Below are positions 29,791-43,999 of a stretch of 64,000 bases of DNA, piece after piece; position 1 is the stretch's first letter, and each line of letters starts with the position of its first letter. Origin of the DNA: Adineta vaga (taxonomy: Eukaryota; Animalia; Rotifera). The position numbers were made by a program, and so were the translations under genes. Below the pieces are notes generated by a model. The model did not search any database and was not told the origin of the DNA. It saw only the letters and a list, made by a program, of their open reading frames with translations. Location of the stretch: contig CP075495.1 of the NCBI GenBank assembly GCA_021613535.1, forward strand, positions 7,502,001 through 7,566,000, written 5' to 3'.

Positions 29791-29877
29791 ATAAACGAAA
29801 TCTGTTTTTTTTTGTTTGTTAGAAAAGAACGTTCAAAGGAAGATCTTTTTCTTTTCTCAACTTATGCATCGTTTTAG
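29791..29877 (+). promoter_or_regulatory. Candidate intercistronic region: AATAAA, U-rich tract, polypyrimidine-AG acceptor abutting the ATG
   Basis: 87-nt spacer; AATAAA at 29786 and 29790, T-rich 29804-29820, TTTTAG at 29872-29877. Confidence 0.5.
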
Positions 29878-32800
29878 ATGAATGACGACGAACATAGACC
29901 ATTATTAGACGAAAGTGGTCGACATGTATGAGATAAAATAAATGATATTGATTCCTACAGAACTATTCTTGCTTGTTTCCATTTTTTTTAGCATACTTAC
30001 ACATCTCTGAATGCTTATATTACAACAAATGATCGTCAAACACGTACTGGTTCAAATACGACATTTGCTACTGGAGAAAAATTATTATCTGGTCGTTATG
30101 AATCACTTGATTATGAATGCGATGAAAGTGAAATCTCTCATATGGAAGAAAAACGTTTAGGTCATCAACATCGACGTCGGTTAGTTGTATTGAAATGGTT
30201 TATTATGTTATTAATTGGTGTCTGTACAGGATTAATCGCTGTATTTGTTGATTTTGCTGTTAAAAATTTAACAAAATTTAAATTTAGTTATGTACAAAAT
30301 AAATTAGATTTATGTCTATCAGAACATTGTTTAATTAAACCATATTTAACTTGGCTTGGTATTAATATGGCTTTTGTTTTTATTTCAAGTTTGCTCATTC
30401 TGTGGGAGGTAATATTTTCGAAGGAATTTTATTTCCGTGTATCTTTTTTTATTCAATGTAGCCAGCTGCACGTGGTTCAGGTATTCCTCAAGTGAAATGT
30501 TATCTAAATGGCATAGCTGTACCACATGTTCTTCGTTTGAAAGCATTGATTGCGAAAGTATTAGGTGTAATATTTGCAGTAGCAGGCGGATTAGCTGTCG
30601 GAAAAGAAGGACCTATGTAAGAAATATTTGAAATTCTTTTCATTTAAACGTCTGTCATTTAGGATACATGCGGGTGCAATTGTTGCCGGTGGAATTTCAC
30701 AAGGAAAAAGTAGTTCGTTAAAAATTGATTTACATGTAAGCTTAGGATTGATAGAGTTAGATAATGAACTATGCTTATTTGATTGAATAGATTTTCAAAT
30801 ATTTTCGTACGGATAAACATAAACGAGATTTTGTTTCAGCGGGTGCGGCAGCTGGTGTTGCTGCAGGTAAAATCAAAAGGTTTCAATTGATGTTATCGAA
30901 TAAGATATTTTGTTTTCATTTCCAGCTTTCGGTGCTCCAGTTGGTGGTGTTCTGTTTGCATTAGAAGAAGGTGCTAGTTTTTTTAATCAGCAATTAACAT
31001 GGTTTATTGTATGTAAATGTAAAAAAAAGTCTCTTTTCAAATGATCATGTTTTTATTTAGTTTTTTGCATCTATGATATCGACATTTACATTGAATGTTG
31101 TTACGAGTGCTATAGAAGGTCATTTTGGTGATTTATCATCGCCTGGTTTGATTAATTTTGGACTTTTCAAAGTAAATAAAGATGAAATTATTCTAGATTT
31201 CTCCATGAATTTTTACTTCTAGGATATTCCATATACGTGGTTTGAATTACCTCTGTTTATTCTTATGGGTTTTATCGGTGGAGTACTTGGAGCTTTATTT
31301 AATCAGTTAAATTTACGTTTAACAAAATTTCGTCATCATTATATTAATAAAAGTTGGCTATTAATTATTGAAGTATTACTTGTTGCTGCAATGACTGTTG
31401 TTGTTGCTTTTCTGTTAATATTCACAACCATGAATGAATGTCGACCAATTAAAACTCAATTAGAATTAAATTCACCTACAATACAATTATTTTGTCCTGA
31501 TGGACAATATAATGTCATGGCGACAATTGTTTTTAGTACACCAGAACAAGCGGTGAGAAATTTATTTCATAGTGAAATAGGTAAGACATATTTTACAAGA
31601 ACAAAAGAAGATATGTTTATATATTTAGGAACGTATCAAGCATGGAGTTTAGTTGCATTTTGTATTGTTTATTTTTGTTTAACTTGTTGGACATATGGAA
31701 TTATTGTAAGTTCTGGTCTTTTCATTCCAAGTCTTTTAATTGGTGCTTCTTGGGGACGTTTACTTGGTATTGGTGTTCATACCTTATTTCCATCAATAGT
31801 CAGTCAATCTATTTGTTTTCTTTAATAATGTTTATTCCTTAATATTATTAGTTATTTAACCCTGGAAAATATGCGTTATTTGGAGCAGCATCTCAACTTG
31901 GTAAGTTTTTATTTACTAAATAAATAAAAGATATTTGCTATTATTACGATTTAGGTGGAATTATGCGAATGACTATTAGTTTAGCGGTCATCTTGATCGA
32001 AGCGACAGGTGATATTGTCTTAGGTCTGCCAATTATGGTTGTCTTAACTGTTGCTAAACTAACCGGTGATTATTTTAATGAAGTAAGAATATTTCAACTA
32101 ATCTTTGTCTAAAAATTGACTACTCTATTCAAGGGATTTTTTGATATACATATTGCTTTACAAAGTTAGTTGATGTTGATCTTTTTTCGTCTCAAAAAAT
32201 ATACTATCGATTTTTTCTTTAGGTGTACCTTTTCTTCCATGGGAATCAGAAGTATTTTCATCTCCATTATCAGCTTTGTAAGTTTAATCATCATGAATTT
32301 TTTTTCTAACTGTTCAGTTCTTTGTAATAGGAGTGTCATGTCCGCACCAGTGATAAAATTTAAAACCGTTGAAAAAGTCGACGAAATCTATCGTGTCTTA
32401 TGTACGGAAAGTCATCATGGTTTTCCTGTTGTTGATCATCATAGTGATGAAGTATGTCGTTTCTTTTCTTAATCATCATTATTTCAACTATCTAATTCTA
32501 GAGTAATAATGAACGTGCCGGTACATTTCAAGGAATTATTTTACGACATCAACTTATAACTATTTTAAGAAAACGAGTTCGTTCTTGAGAAAAATGAGTG
32601 AATTTTCTTTACTAATCTATCGATTCTATTTCATTTGTTTAGAATTTCATTTCATTGAATGATTGTCTACGAGATTATCTTACAATGGACGATTTTCGTG
32701 AAAGTTATCCACGTCATCCATCAATCGAAGTAAATTAAGCAAATGTTTATTTTTTTAAAAGTCAATTCTATCTTTTCATATTCGTTTTAGAGTGTTCAAT

Positions 32801-33096
32801 TAACTAATGAAGAACGTGAACTTTATTGTGATTTAAGGCCATATATGTATTTAGCTTATACAGTTTCACATGTATGAAAAGCTTTGTTCTTCAATGAATA
32901 TCATCTTCTTTCTTTTTAGCATTCTACACTTCCTCGAATATTTTCAATGTTTCGTAGTCTTGGTTTACGACATTTAATCGTTGTAAATGATAGAAATGAA
33001 GTTGTTGGAATGATCACACGAAAAGATTTAGCACGATTTCGTTTAACACATAGTAAAGGTCATACAGCAATTGAAGAACTTGCAGTTTCAAATTAA
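29878..33096 (+). CDS. CLCN7: Lysosomal H+/Cl- exchanger CLC-7, many short introns
   Basis: N-terminal dileucine motif EHRPLL, YESLDY, GSGIP, GKEGP, GLFIP and two CBS domains ([17 protein letters not shown]). Confidence 0.92.
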
Positions 33097-33707
33097 AATT
33101 TTTCAAATATTCCATACGACTATATTGACCATAGTTTACAATGGAAGAATAAGAATTCAAGCTATGTTCTGTAGATGTGATCCTCCTTCTTTTTTATTCT
33201 GAAATTCTATATTGCATTTCGACATGAAATCACGACCAAAAACAATTTTTTTGTAAAGTATTTAATCATCTATTTTTGTTTTCCTCTATTCTTCGGATTT
33301 TTGTGTCTACATATTCAGATAAAATAAACTCGTTGAATTTGTTTATACAATAATGATGACATCATGAAAAAAATGCCGTTGGTAAGAAATTGATTAAGTT
33401 CTCAAGTTCGAGTTTAGTTAATGAATATGTTTGCATGCAATATATCAAATGATATTTGTAGATAAGCGGGAAAAAATCACAAAATTGATCTATTAGCATA
33501 CATTTTTCGTCAAAAAATTACAAATATCGGAAATCAATTATTCTTTGATTTAATTACATGAAGTCGAAATAACAGACGAAGGACGAAGTTGACTAAATGT
33601 TACCTTGTTTTCGTCCAGAAGGTATCATCTGCTGATCATATCAGTCCATTAAGAAAAAGAAATTTTCTTGATGTGATTGTAGTTCTCTCACTTCACTCAT
33701 ATTCGAA

Positions 33708-34292
33708 ATGGTTGTCAGCAAGGAGAAGTTTTATTTTCTTAGTTGGGAATTAATTTCTTCAATTAACAATTCTTCGGATGTTACACAGGGAAATGAAGTT
33801 GTTGAAATTACGATCCGAGATATTGATGGATATCGACCATTAGGCCATTATACAATTCCAATCGTTCAAATAGGACAACCATTTACATCATTAAAACTAA
33901 ATTTACTCTATCAAAAAGATTTAGTTATCGAAACATTCAAAAATATTTATGTTAGTATCCGAATTTTTCGTGGAATTGAACAACGACTTATCTTCACTAA
34001 TGATACTATATTATCGGCACCTTGTTATATGGATCGTACTGTTATTCGTATACCAATTCATCGTGTATGGTATGTGGAAGATTATCTGCGCATGCTGTTG
34101 AGCAACCTATTTTTATGAACATATAAAACGATAGAACAGCTGATGTATAAAAATTTTACTTTTTAAACATGAATACATGAATTGAAATCGAAATGTTTTG
34201 AATAAATTGCATTCGAACTTTTATTAATAATTGAACAAGGGAGAAGAAAACTGGCTTGTCCTGTTTGTTGCAATACTCTCTCTATTAGATAA
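33708..34292 (+). pseudogene. Decayed SP-RING (zf-MIZ)-like gene fragment
   Basis: LSAPCYMDRTVIRIPIHRV(C) then IHELKSKCFE*IAFELLLIIEQGRRKLACPVC; in-frame TAA at 34203 and no usable acceptor. Confidence 0.45.
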
Positions 34293-34660
34293 AACTTTTA
34301 CGAACTATACTTCAGTAATTGAATTCAGAGATGTTCTTATCAACAACTGATAGCACACTGGATATTTTCAATCATAGATGCAGTCATAATCGTGACTATA
34401 ATACACGATCGGACATGTTAGACATCCTTTGTCGCAATTTCTTCACGATGATTTTTTTTTCTCATGATTGACAACAACAGTACAGTTCATTCATTCAATG
34501 CATGCATATGTACAATAAAAATGAACCAATCCTATTCTAGCAGCACATGTTCATCCCATTGCGAACACCGACGGCAGGTGACTAAAGTTTACAACTTCTT
34601 TTTTACATTCATCGTGCTTCATCATATGAATAAAAATAGGAAGGACATCTTCGTATAGCA

Positions 34661-37532
34661 ATGTTGCTTGGTTTCATCGTTTTAAATACAATTTTAATTT
34701 CATCTGCTCAACCTTATTTTGACGATGTTCTTTTCTCTATTCAAAATCAAGATCATTTCAATCCTTATGCATATGGTCCACCTCCTATTTTTCATGTAAA
34801 AACTCATTTATTTATTTATTTTTAATATAATTGATTCTATCTTGTAAGGTCGATCGACATACACAATATGGATATGTACGAGGTACGAGTTATAATGTAG
34901 TTTCACAAGAATCATTCTATCCAAAATATATCAGTGTCTTCCTTGGAATTCCTTATGCTCGACCACCAGGTATAACTATACAATTTAAAATAAAATAATT
35001 TCAGATATTTATTGATCTTTTTTTTTTGTCTTCTATTATAGTTGGTCTTTATCGATTTAAAGTATAATTTATTTTATTTTACTTATTTCGAATATTTTCT
35101 GTTTTGTTTATCATAGCCACCATTACCACCTGATCCGTGGGATACAAGATTTTTAATTCATGATGCAACGTTTTATCGTCCATCATGTTTACAACCAGCG
35201 AGTGAACAGGAAAAGATTCGTCAATTCATTCCAAATTTTCCGCCATCAAATTTTAGCGAAGATTGTCTTTATTTAAATATCTTTGCACCAAATGTTAGTC
35301 TTTGTTTTCTACTAACTTACATAAATAAGAAAAAGCAACCTATTCTATTGTTGTTGTTTTTTTTATAGAGAACAGATCGATATATGCCGAAATTACCTGT
35401 TATCGTATTTATTCATGGTGGAGATTTTATTGGAGGAAGTTCACAAATCTATAACGGTTTTGTTCTAGCACAACGAAATGTTGTTGTCGTAACTTTTAAT
35501 TATCGTCTTGGACCTTTAGGTAAGATTTTAAATTGAATATACGATCCTTTTTTTTTCATTCTATGATTGATTGTTCATAGGTTTCTTGAGTACAAAAACA
35601 TTGAATGGTCGAGGAAACTATGGTCTTTTCGATCAACGAATGGCTTTAAAATTTGTCTATGAAAATATTCGAGAATTTAATGGTGATCCAGAAAATATAA
35701 CAGTCATCGGTCATGAAGCTGGTGCAGCTAGTATCGGTTTACATTTATTATCGCAGAATACACCATGTATGTTTTCAAGAGATAAAAGTTTTTGATTTTT
35801 AATATATCGAATTCTGCTTTATTATGATAGTATATTTTCGTCGTGCTGTAATGATGAGTGGAAGTGATTTATGTAAATGGTCGATTATTGAAGATGAACA
35901 TTATCCACTTGAACAAGCTAGATTCTTAGCTCGACGTTTAACATGTAATGATCGAAATATTGATGCTTTACTTGATTGTTTAAGACAACGTAATGGACTT
36001 GATATTACAAATTCAGCGACAAATGTTTGGGTGAGAGAGTAACATAAATGAATACTGTTTACGGTAAAATATCTTTATTTTTGTAGTTTCCAGATGAATT
36101 TGGTGGTCATCCATGGCGACCAACAATTGATACATTTACTGATGATTTCATTCGACCAGTATTCACACGTCGACCTATTGAACTTCGTCGACTTGGCTTA
36201 TTTGCTAATATATCTGTTATATTAGGTACAACCAGTGATGATGGTGCTATTCATTTTGCTCAACAACCAATTAATTTAGCTGTCATTGATAAAGGTTATA
36301 CACCACATGATCAACACGCATATTTAAATATGTTTGTAAATCGTCGTGTACAAGATCGATATAGTTTTCAACGGCAAACATTTGCTTATGAATATGCTGA
36401 AACAGATTATGTTTTACCTCGAGGGTAAGAAATCATATGATATTTTGCAGTAAATACAATTATTATTTGTTTATAAGAAGAAAAAACATATATTTTGTTG
36501 CAAAAGATCAAAACATAATCTGTTTAATAACTCTTCTACTTTAGTGGTGATATGTATCTTGATGAAGAAGGTATTGCAACAGTAACCAAATATAAATATA
36601 CACATTGGCCTCAACCAGATAATATGACAATGTTACGACAACGTTTAATCGATCTCCATTCGGATGAACATACGACATCATGTGTTGCTGATGCAGCCAG
36701 ATTTCATGCACAACATACATTTAATTCGACATATATGTATGTATTTGCTTACCATTCTTTAACGAGTGTTTATCCGTTTTGGATGGGTGCACCACGTGGT
36801 AGTGAACTTGATTATCTTTTTGGTATGCCATTTGTTAATGAATCTCAATGGATGCCTTGGCATGGTATTCAACGACGACAAGTATTTACATATGTCGATG
36901 AAGAAATGTCTAATTATACAATGCAATTATTTGTCAATTTTGCACGATATGGGTAAATAGTTTTTCAAATAAAATTCTCATTCTTGTTTTTTATTAAATA
37001 TATAAAGAGAACCAACACCAGGTGGATTTCTTCGTGAATATACACCACCATCATTAGAACGTCCATCGAGCTTAATACGTTCTCCATCGGGTTTTGCACT
37101 TCGATTGAATATTGCTTGGTTACCACAATTAGTACAAAATATGACTTACTTGTTAATTGATCGTTATCCATGTTTACTAACAAATTATCGTTTTGATTCA
37201 GCTGGATTTTGGTCCGCATATTGGCCAACCGCATTTCAACGTCGATTAAGTAAGTTTATTTCAATTTAGTGATATTTAGTATGATAAATATTTTAGCACC
37301 TATTCCAACAAAATATTATAAACATGCAATTATGAATCATCGTGATACAACTATTGTTATGTTTTTTCTAATTGGTGGTTTAATATTAGCTCTTATTGTA
37401 TTGATTATTCTCTGTGGAGTTCTTTTCATACGTGTACGCAAGGAAACACATCAACATCAGCATCAACATCGTCGTCACGAAGAGAAGAATATTTTTAATG
37501 AAAAACAGATGAAATTTAAAACTATCGAATAG
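34661..37532 (+). CDS. Non-catalytic carboxylesterase/cholinesterase-like membrane protein (neuroligin/gliotactin-like)
   Basis: Signal peptide, [47 protein letters not shown] (no Ser), MMSGS and a C-terminal TM. Confidence 0.88.
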
Positions 37533-40500
37533 ATTTCCATTTTCGTGCTTCCCTTTTAAGAATTCGTATATTTCATTAATGTAGTGCTCTTGCGACAGTT
37601 AGATATATAAATGTGTGTATGTATTGCAAGTTTTTATTAATTGAATCTCGCATTCCATTGTGGCCATTTTACAGCCGTGTACCTTTTTCTTTTTACTGTG
37701 TAGCATTGCTTGTTTTCTTGCTTTAATCTCTTAATGTATCGTGCTATCATTTTTGTTGTAATATTAAAAAAAACACTCAGGAAGAGAAAAGGTCATGACT
37801 TAAAATAATAAGATTTGACATGTGAATTACTAAGAGACAATGAATCAGACACTATTGATGTCAATAATTAAATTGATCAAAAGATATATAGATAGATGTT
37901 ACTGACATTTTGATAGTTGAATTGATTTGAAATAAGATGAAACATATTGTACGAGAATATAACGATATGAAATTGATCAAACACGCAAATAATCTTTAGT
38001 TTGAGTTAGTCTATCATGTTGACTGTTTTTCTGAATGGAAAACAAAATATACCAATCGTCAACTGTTGCAATATTTAAAAATTAGTTTTTGAGACCCATG
38101 AATGTAAAATAAGATGTATTTCTTCGTGGTCTTCTAGGGACATTAGCAAGACGAAAAAAGACATTAGTTAGAGACGTGTGTTGTTTTTGTCATGGTTAGT
38201 TCTTTGACAGTATTAACATGGCTTTTCTATAAATGTTTGTCGTTTACATCTATACATGATATTCCAGTTCGTTGTAATACATATTTAGGCAAAAAAAGAT
38301 AAGAAGATAAATTTTGTCTTTGGTAATGTGCCATGAAGAAGAAAAAAAACCAATAGGAAATTATTTTTTAATGAAGTAGATCTTTTCTTTATCAATGAAT
38401 TTCCTATCAAGTATTCTTTAGTTTGATAATGTAAGATAAGAAAAGAAGAGAGCGAGGGAGAAAGAGAGGGCGAATATTATCAGTCAACTTCGGTGTTTTT
38501 CTTGTTGGGGAAAAGAGAGCGTGGGGAATATTATTTTTTCTCGTTAATATCAAAAACTTGCATTGTCTAGATCATGCGCAAATCAAAGTATTCAATGTCA
38601 TCACTTCCAAACCTATAATACCAAAAACAATAACTATGACCTCAATGTTAATCTCCATATCCCTAGGTAAGCTATAAAACTATTTTTAAAATCCAGTTCA
38701 GACTTTATGATTTATCTAATAGCTTAGCAGCTGTTGAACGAGTTCTATGTTTTGCGTATATAATGTCATAAATGTTGTTAAATAATCGTCTGATTTGATA
38801 AGGAATTCGTTGATTTTTTATTAGAAATATTATTTCGTTCTAATCGGACAGTATTAAGATAACAAATATTGTTTGATTGGTTAACTATGATGGATGATAA
38901 CATTCGAGAAAGGGATATCCGATGATTAATCATGTTAATGACATACATTTGATTGAACTTGTTATCTGCAATATTATTAATAATATTAGTTTTTATTTCT
39001 GTTTGTTTCATCGGAACAAACAAGGTTAAAAGTTCTTGTCTTTTTCTAGTTTATGATTGTTAAGACGGAAATAAAGTATAGAATTACGATAGTATATTCA
39101 TCAAAGTATAAAGATAATTTTTGATTTTGATCAAAGTCTAACAAGCTTATTATTTATAGTCTGTTACTCTGTCATAATACAGTAAAAGAAGACATGATAT
39201 TTGATAAAATAGATAGACATCTAGATTTTCAATTGTTTTAATAGTTTTCAAGGTAGACAAAAGTTATTTCAATTTACTGGCATTGAAAATAATTAGTGAT
39301 ACTTGTAAATGTCAAGTAACGTAAAAAAAGACATGGGAAAGCCTCGATCAAGGCTGACATATATTATATTGACAGTTGTTGCCATTCTTTCATCCTTATC
39401 CTATCAACTCTACCATTTGACTCGATTCGATCGTAGACATACGACGAGTAAGTTCAATTTGCGATATATATTTTCTTCTTTGTAAATTGTACTGGATATT
39501 TTCTTGGAAATGTATTCCGTAGTTTGATAAACATATTTATTCATTCTATCAATTTAGCTTATCCTTCAACAGGATATAATTATTCAAAAACGATCTAAAG
39601 ATATGATACAGATTTTATCTATAGGAGAGATGATATGTATGCCAAAAGTGTCGTTTATTTATTTGTTTGTTTGCTTGTTATTATTGTATGATTTTGCTTA
39701 GTGCAAACTATGATTTGTCATTATTTTAGTTGTACTATGAAAGATGATCTGTTCTACACGTTTCGATCAGTTCATTGCGTGCACATTCCGATTTTTTTTC
39801 ACTTCGATCAATTCAATTTTCACTTTCTACACAATCCTAGGATAGATTATTTCAAACAAAAAATATTATATTGCACTTCCGATGTAATTATTTTGCACGT
39901 AAGAATATGCCATAATATTATAACTAAAACTATATAAATCGCGTGTAACAATAAGAAATTGAACGAATATTTATTAAGTTCATTCTACGCAAAATCACAT
40001 GAGATTTAAACTTTAAATTAAGCTTTTCATTATTTATTCATGACAAATTCTGCTAAAGTGAGATTCTATATTTAATATAGTACAGTCATTTATAATTATG
40101 TCCGGAATTTTTTAAGCGTAGCAAAATTGTTAATTAAAACAGTATCAGACCATCCCTACTACGCAATAATAAGTAATCTTAGAATTAATACTTTTGTAAA
40201 TCATTTCAAACAGTATGTCGTGCAACAGAGGACAATTTATAATAAAACATTAATTTCTATTTTTTCTAAAATTATTTGTCTGACGTCAATTTATTTGACT
40301 TGCATATGAAGTTAAGCTATAGAATTATTTTTCATCAAAGGACATGTCATCAGTTTGATCTTGTTCAGTAAGTCAAAATTCTAAATGTAATATTAAATTC
40401 ATAGTACTAACTGACGCTTGTAGTTATTAAGTATCGAATTCACAACTTATTATTATTTAGAATGAAATCATGTAGTAGATTTTTAATTATGCCGATCGAC

Positions 40501-42604
40501 ATTGATCTCCTTTTAAACGATAATGTTTATTTTCACGACGTGACTTTTTCTTTTTCTTTTTTTGAACAAACAATTTTAATTCCTAATTGTTACACTGTAC
40601 TTTAATTATGCTTCATCTATTAATATTTTGTTAGGCACTTTTATGTTAGATCAGTTGTTGAACACGTGTTCAAACTTGAAATGAATAAGATCATCTTGTT
40701 TTAGTTACAGGATATATGTATAGAAGTCACCAAAGTCTTTGAGATATGCCGCTTCCTCCTACTCTTATTTTTAACTACTTAACCATGTCTTTATAATTAT
40801 CTTTTGAAATCACATGTTCGCAATTATATCAGACAATAATGAAGAGAAAAACAAACATTTCCTTTCTCATTCTCTAATTGCACGGTTTAAATAGGTGAAA
40901 TCAAATAGAATCTAACGTATACTTATAGAAAGTATCTGACAAATAGCATGTCGGTTAGTTTACTTTTCATCAAAAATGTAATCAGTAAAATACGCAGGTA
41001 GAAAATACAACGTATTTTTGCATTAAATAGAGATATGATTTCTAACGAAAGAATATATTTTGTTATTCGAAATAAAAACCAAGCTATACCAAAGAACATT
41101 GTGCTTCTTTATTGATTGCAGAAAATTTCTTTTGGTAAAAATAGAAGTGTAATGATTATGGAGATTTTATTCAATATTTCTGACTTATTCGAAAATTAGT
41201 AAGTAATTATTGACATGAATTTTATCTAGTGATAATATTCTAGGTTGCTTTTTTCTGTTATATGGAAAGAAAAATACAATTATCCCTTTTTTTTTATGTT
41301 TCGAGACATATATCAGATTATATTCAATTCTATTTTGTGTGTTGTTTCTTTTCGAGGAAGACAACTCTGTCTAATTTGATTACAATCGAACATAGACAAG
41401 TGAAATAGTCTTCATATATATATATATGAAAGTTTACATTCGCTTTTACTTGATAATAGTTTCTCTATGTGGTATATGTAATTACATCGGCATTAGAAAC
41501 ACGTAAATAAGACGTGTTTTTAATTTTTAAGTATGACTTCTTTCGATGCACCAAAATGAGAATAGATCATCAGTACTAGCTCGTTCTACTTTGGAAAAGA
41601 TCACGATAATGTATAGAAAATTGTCTTTACAAACTGATAAACTATCGTAAGGTATCATTTACATTAGACTTCTCGTTTCCGTTTTTCCTCTTTCTAGTCT
41701 GTACTTTAAACAAAAAATTTATTATCAAAATAGTAATTGTGTGTTTGTGGAGAGTAAAAAGACGAGTTATGTTTTAGTTTTCTGTATTATAAGAAATTCA
41801 TTCTTAGTTTGGAAATATTATCGAAGACATGAATTAGGTGACAAGAATAAGAAGAGACAATAGATTTAATTAGTTCGAAAGCTTGACAGCCAATAAAAGA
41901 ATAATGTTTTGTTTACTAGAAAGAAGGTCGGTGAAGATATATATCACATCTTAAAAGAGAACTTTTACGTTTAATTTTCATTCAACAATAAGAGTAAATA
42001 AAGAATTCTTAGATCTATATGTAATAACAAGAATCGATTTATAGATTAGAATCGAAGACGGAAACAATACATGTCTCTTCATATGATTAAAGTGCCTAAT
42101 GACGACGAAAATATTCTATTGTTATTTGTAAACAAGAACTAAGAATAGTGTTCTATTCGATAGAATTTTTCATCATTTAGGTTTCCGATTGATTGAATCA
42201 ATAACACATCATCACTTTTAAATATATAGAAGAGAAGTGTAAGAATAGAATGAGAATAACACTTTTTCTTTTTGACAGTTGTTGTTTACGAGTCTGACAC
42301 TGAAAACTGATTCGTTTCAAATTCTCATTTTATGCAAAATACAATCTGTTCTTCTTATTTTTCATTGTCAATTAGTAAAAGAAAATTCATCGTGTCGGAA
42401 GATAAACGACACAGGAACCCATATATATATATATACATATACATATGTGTGTCAGGAGAGGTCTAAGTAAATAAGATTACAACTTGTCTTGTCAGATGAG
42501 TCTGTCGTTTTATGTCAAAATTTTGATATTAAGTTAACTTTGAGATCACATGTTTATTCCATTTTAGATTTATTTAATTTATTTTTCAATGATGAATATA
42601 ATTT

Positions 42605-43999
42605 ATGGAATATTCAATGACTGATAAAGGTGAACCAGGTCAATTTGAATCATTAAATGCCGCATTGAAATATGTTGGTTTAACATCGGGTTTATTTATT
42701 AATGAAACATTGTTATTACCACGATCACAATCAACATTACCATCAGCAATTAGTATTCTCCCATTAGTGTTAGGTTCTATCGGTTTAGTTTTTAATATTC
42801 TTGCTTTATTAATATTTACGACATCAAAAACATTTCGACAAAATTCATTTCGATGGTATATTTATGCTTTAACACTTATCAATTGTGCAAGTATTTTAAC
42901 GTGAGTGAATAGGGTTTTTTTTTTCATTAGAAAATAATTTCAATCGTCTTGTATTTTCAGTCATTCATGGTTTTATTTAACGTTCTACATCGCTGATTCA
43001 TTATATCTTTGTAAATATTTACGATATTTACAACAATCAACAGCAACAACATCGCTATGGATTATGGTTCTATTATCCTTAGAACGTTCATTTACATTTT
43101 CTCGACCATTTGCTGTTAAAAAATTCTTACAATCTCATACAATTTGTTTCATTCTTTCCTTTGTCGTCTTTCTTTGTTTTGCATTACATATTGATGAATT
43201 GATATCTGTTGATGTCAAAGCATTTCGATGGGTCAATTTCGCATATGGTCTTTGTTCCATTAGACGACATTTTCGTATGTCAACTGATCGTATTAAAATT
43301 GTTACACATTCACATTCATTTATACTTCCATTTTTACTAAATTCAATTCTCGATATATATATTTGTTATAAAATGTGTCAACGACGTAAACGTTTAGCAA
43401 TAACATCATCATTTTTATCGAAACAACATAAAAATCATTTTCGACGTTCAAAAAAATCTATTGCCCACGAAATAACATTCACGTTATTGTGTCAATCCTT
43501 ATGGTTACTTTTTACTTATTTTCCGACGCATCTTTATTATTTTTTACTATCATTTAAATTAATTAATGATCATGATCGAGATAATTCTAAATTAACATTT
43601 CTGATGAGATTAAATCTATTGGTGTATTTAGCATTTTCACCGACATTATATGTTATATTCAGTTCAACACTACGACGAGAAATTCAATCATGTATATGTC
43701 GATCATATAAACAACATCGGCCAGCAAGTTTTTCTAATATGTCCAGCACGCAAAATAAACTTCGGCAGTTTTTCTCTTCATCTGAGCATCATAGACGTCA
43801 CAGTATTCGACGTACACATATAACAACATTTTTTACAATGAGTGAACGAATTGGTAGAAAAACAGCATCACCATCAATATGTGTTCTATATAAAATTGAT
43901 TATTTATCGAAAAGTGCACCTTGTTTATTGATATGTAATATCGAAGATAAACAAAATCGAACTTTAAGAACCGAACGATCGAATACAGTTGTTCAGTGA
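42605..43999 (+). CDS. Rhodopsin-class orphan GPCR; exons 42605-42900 and 42961-43999
   Basis: Seven hydrophobic segments, TM3 C...LSLERS, TM5 ILPFLL, TM7 FSPTLY..S..LR. Confidence 0.8.

Noticed and set aside
33370-33420. GTTCGA B-box-like motif suggesting a tRNA or SINE
   Set aside because: No cloverleaf stems or proper A box.
40658-40673. 16-bp palindrome TTGAACACGTGTTCAA
   Set aside because: A few palindromes of this length are expected by chance in 64 kb of AT-rich DNA.
37600-42500. 5-kb gene-poor region as a mobile element
   Set aside because: No transposase or RT ORF, terminal repeats or tandem array visible.
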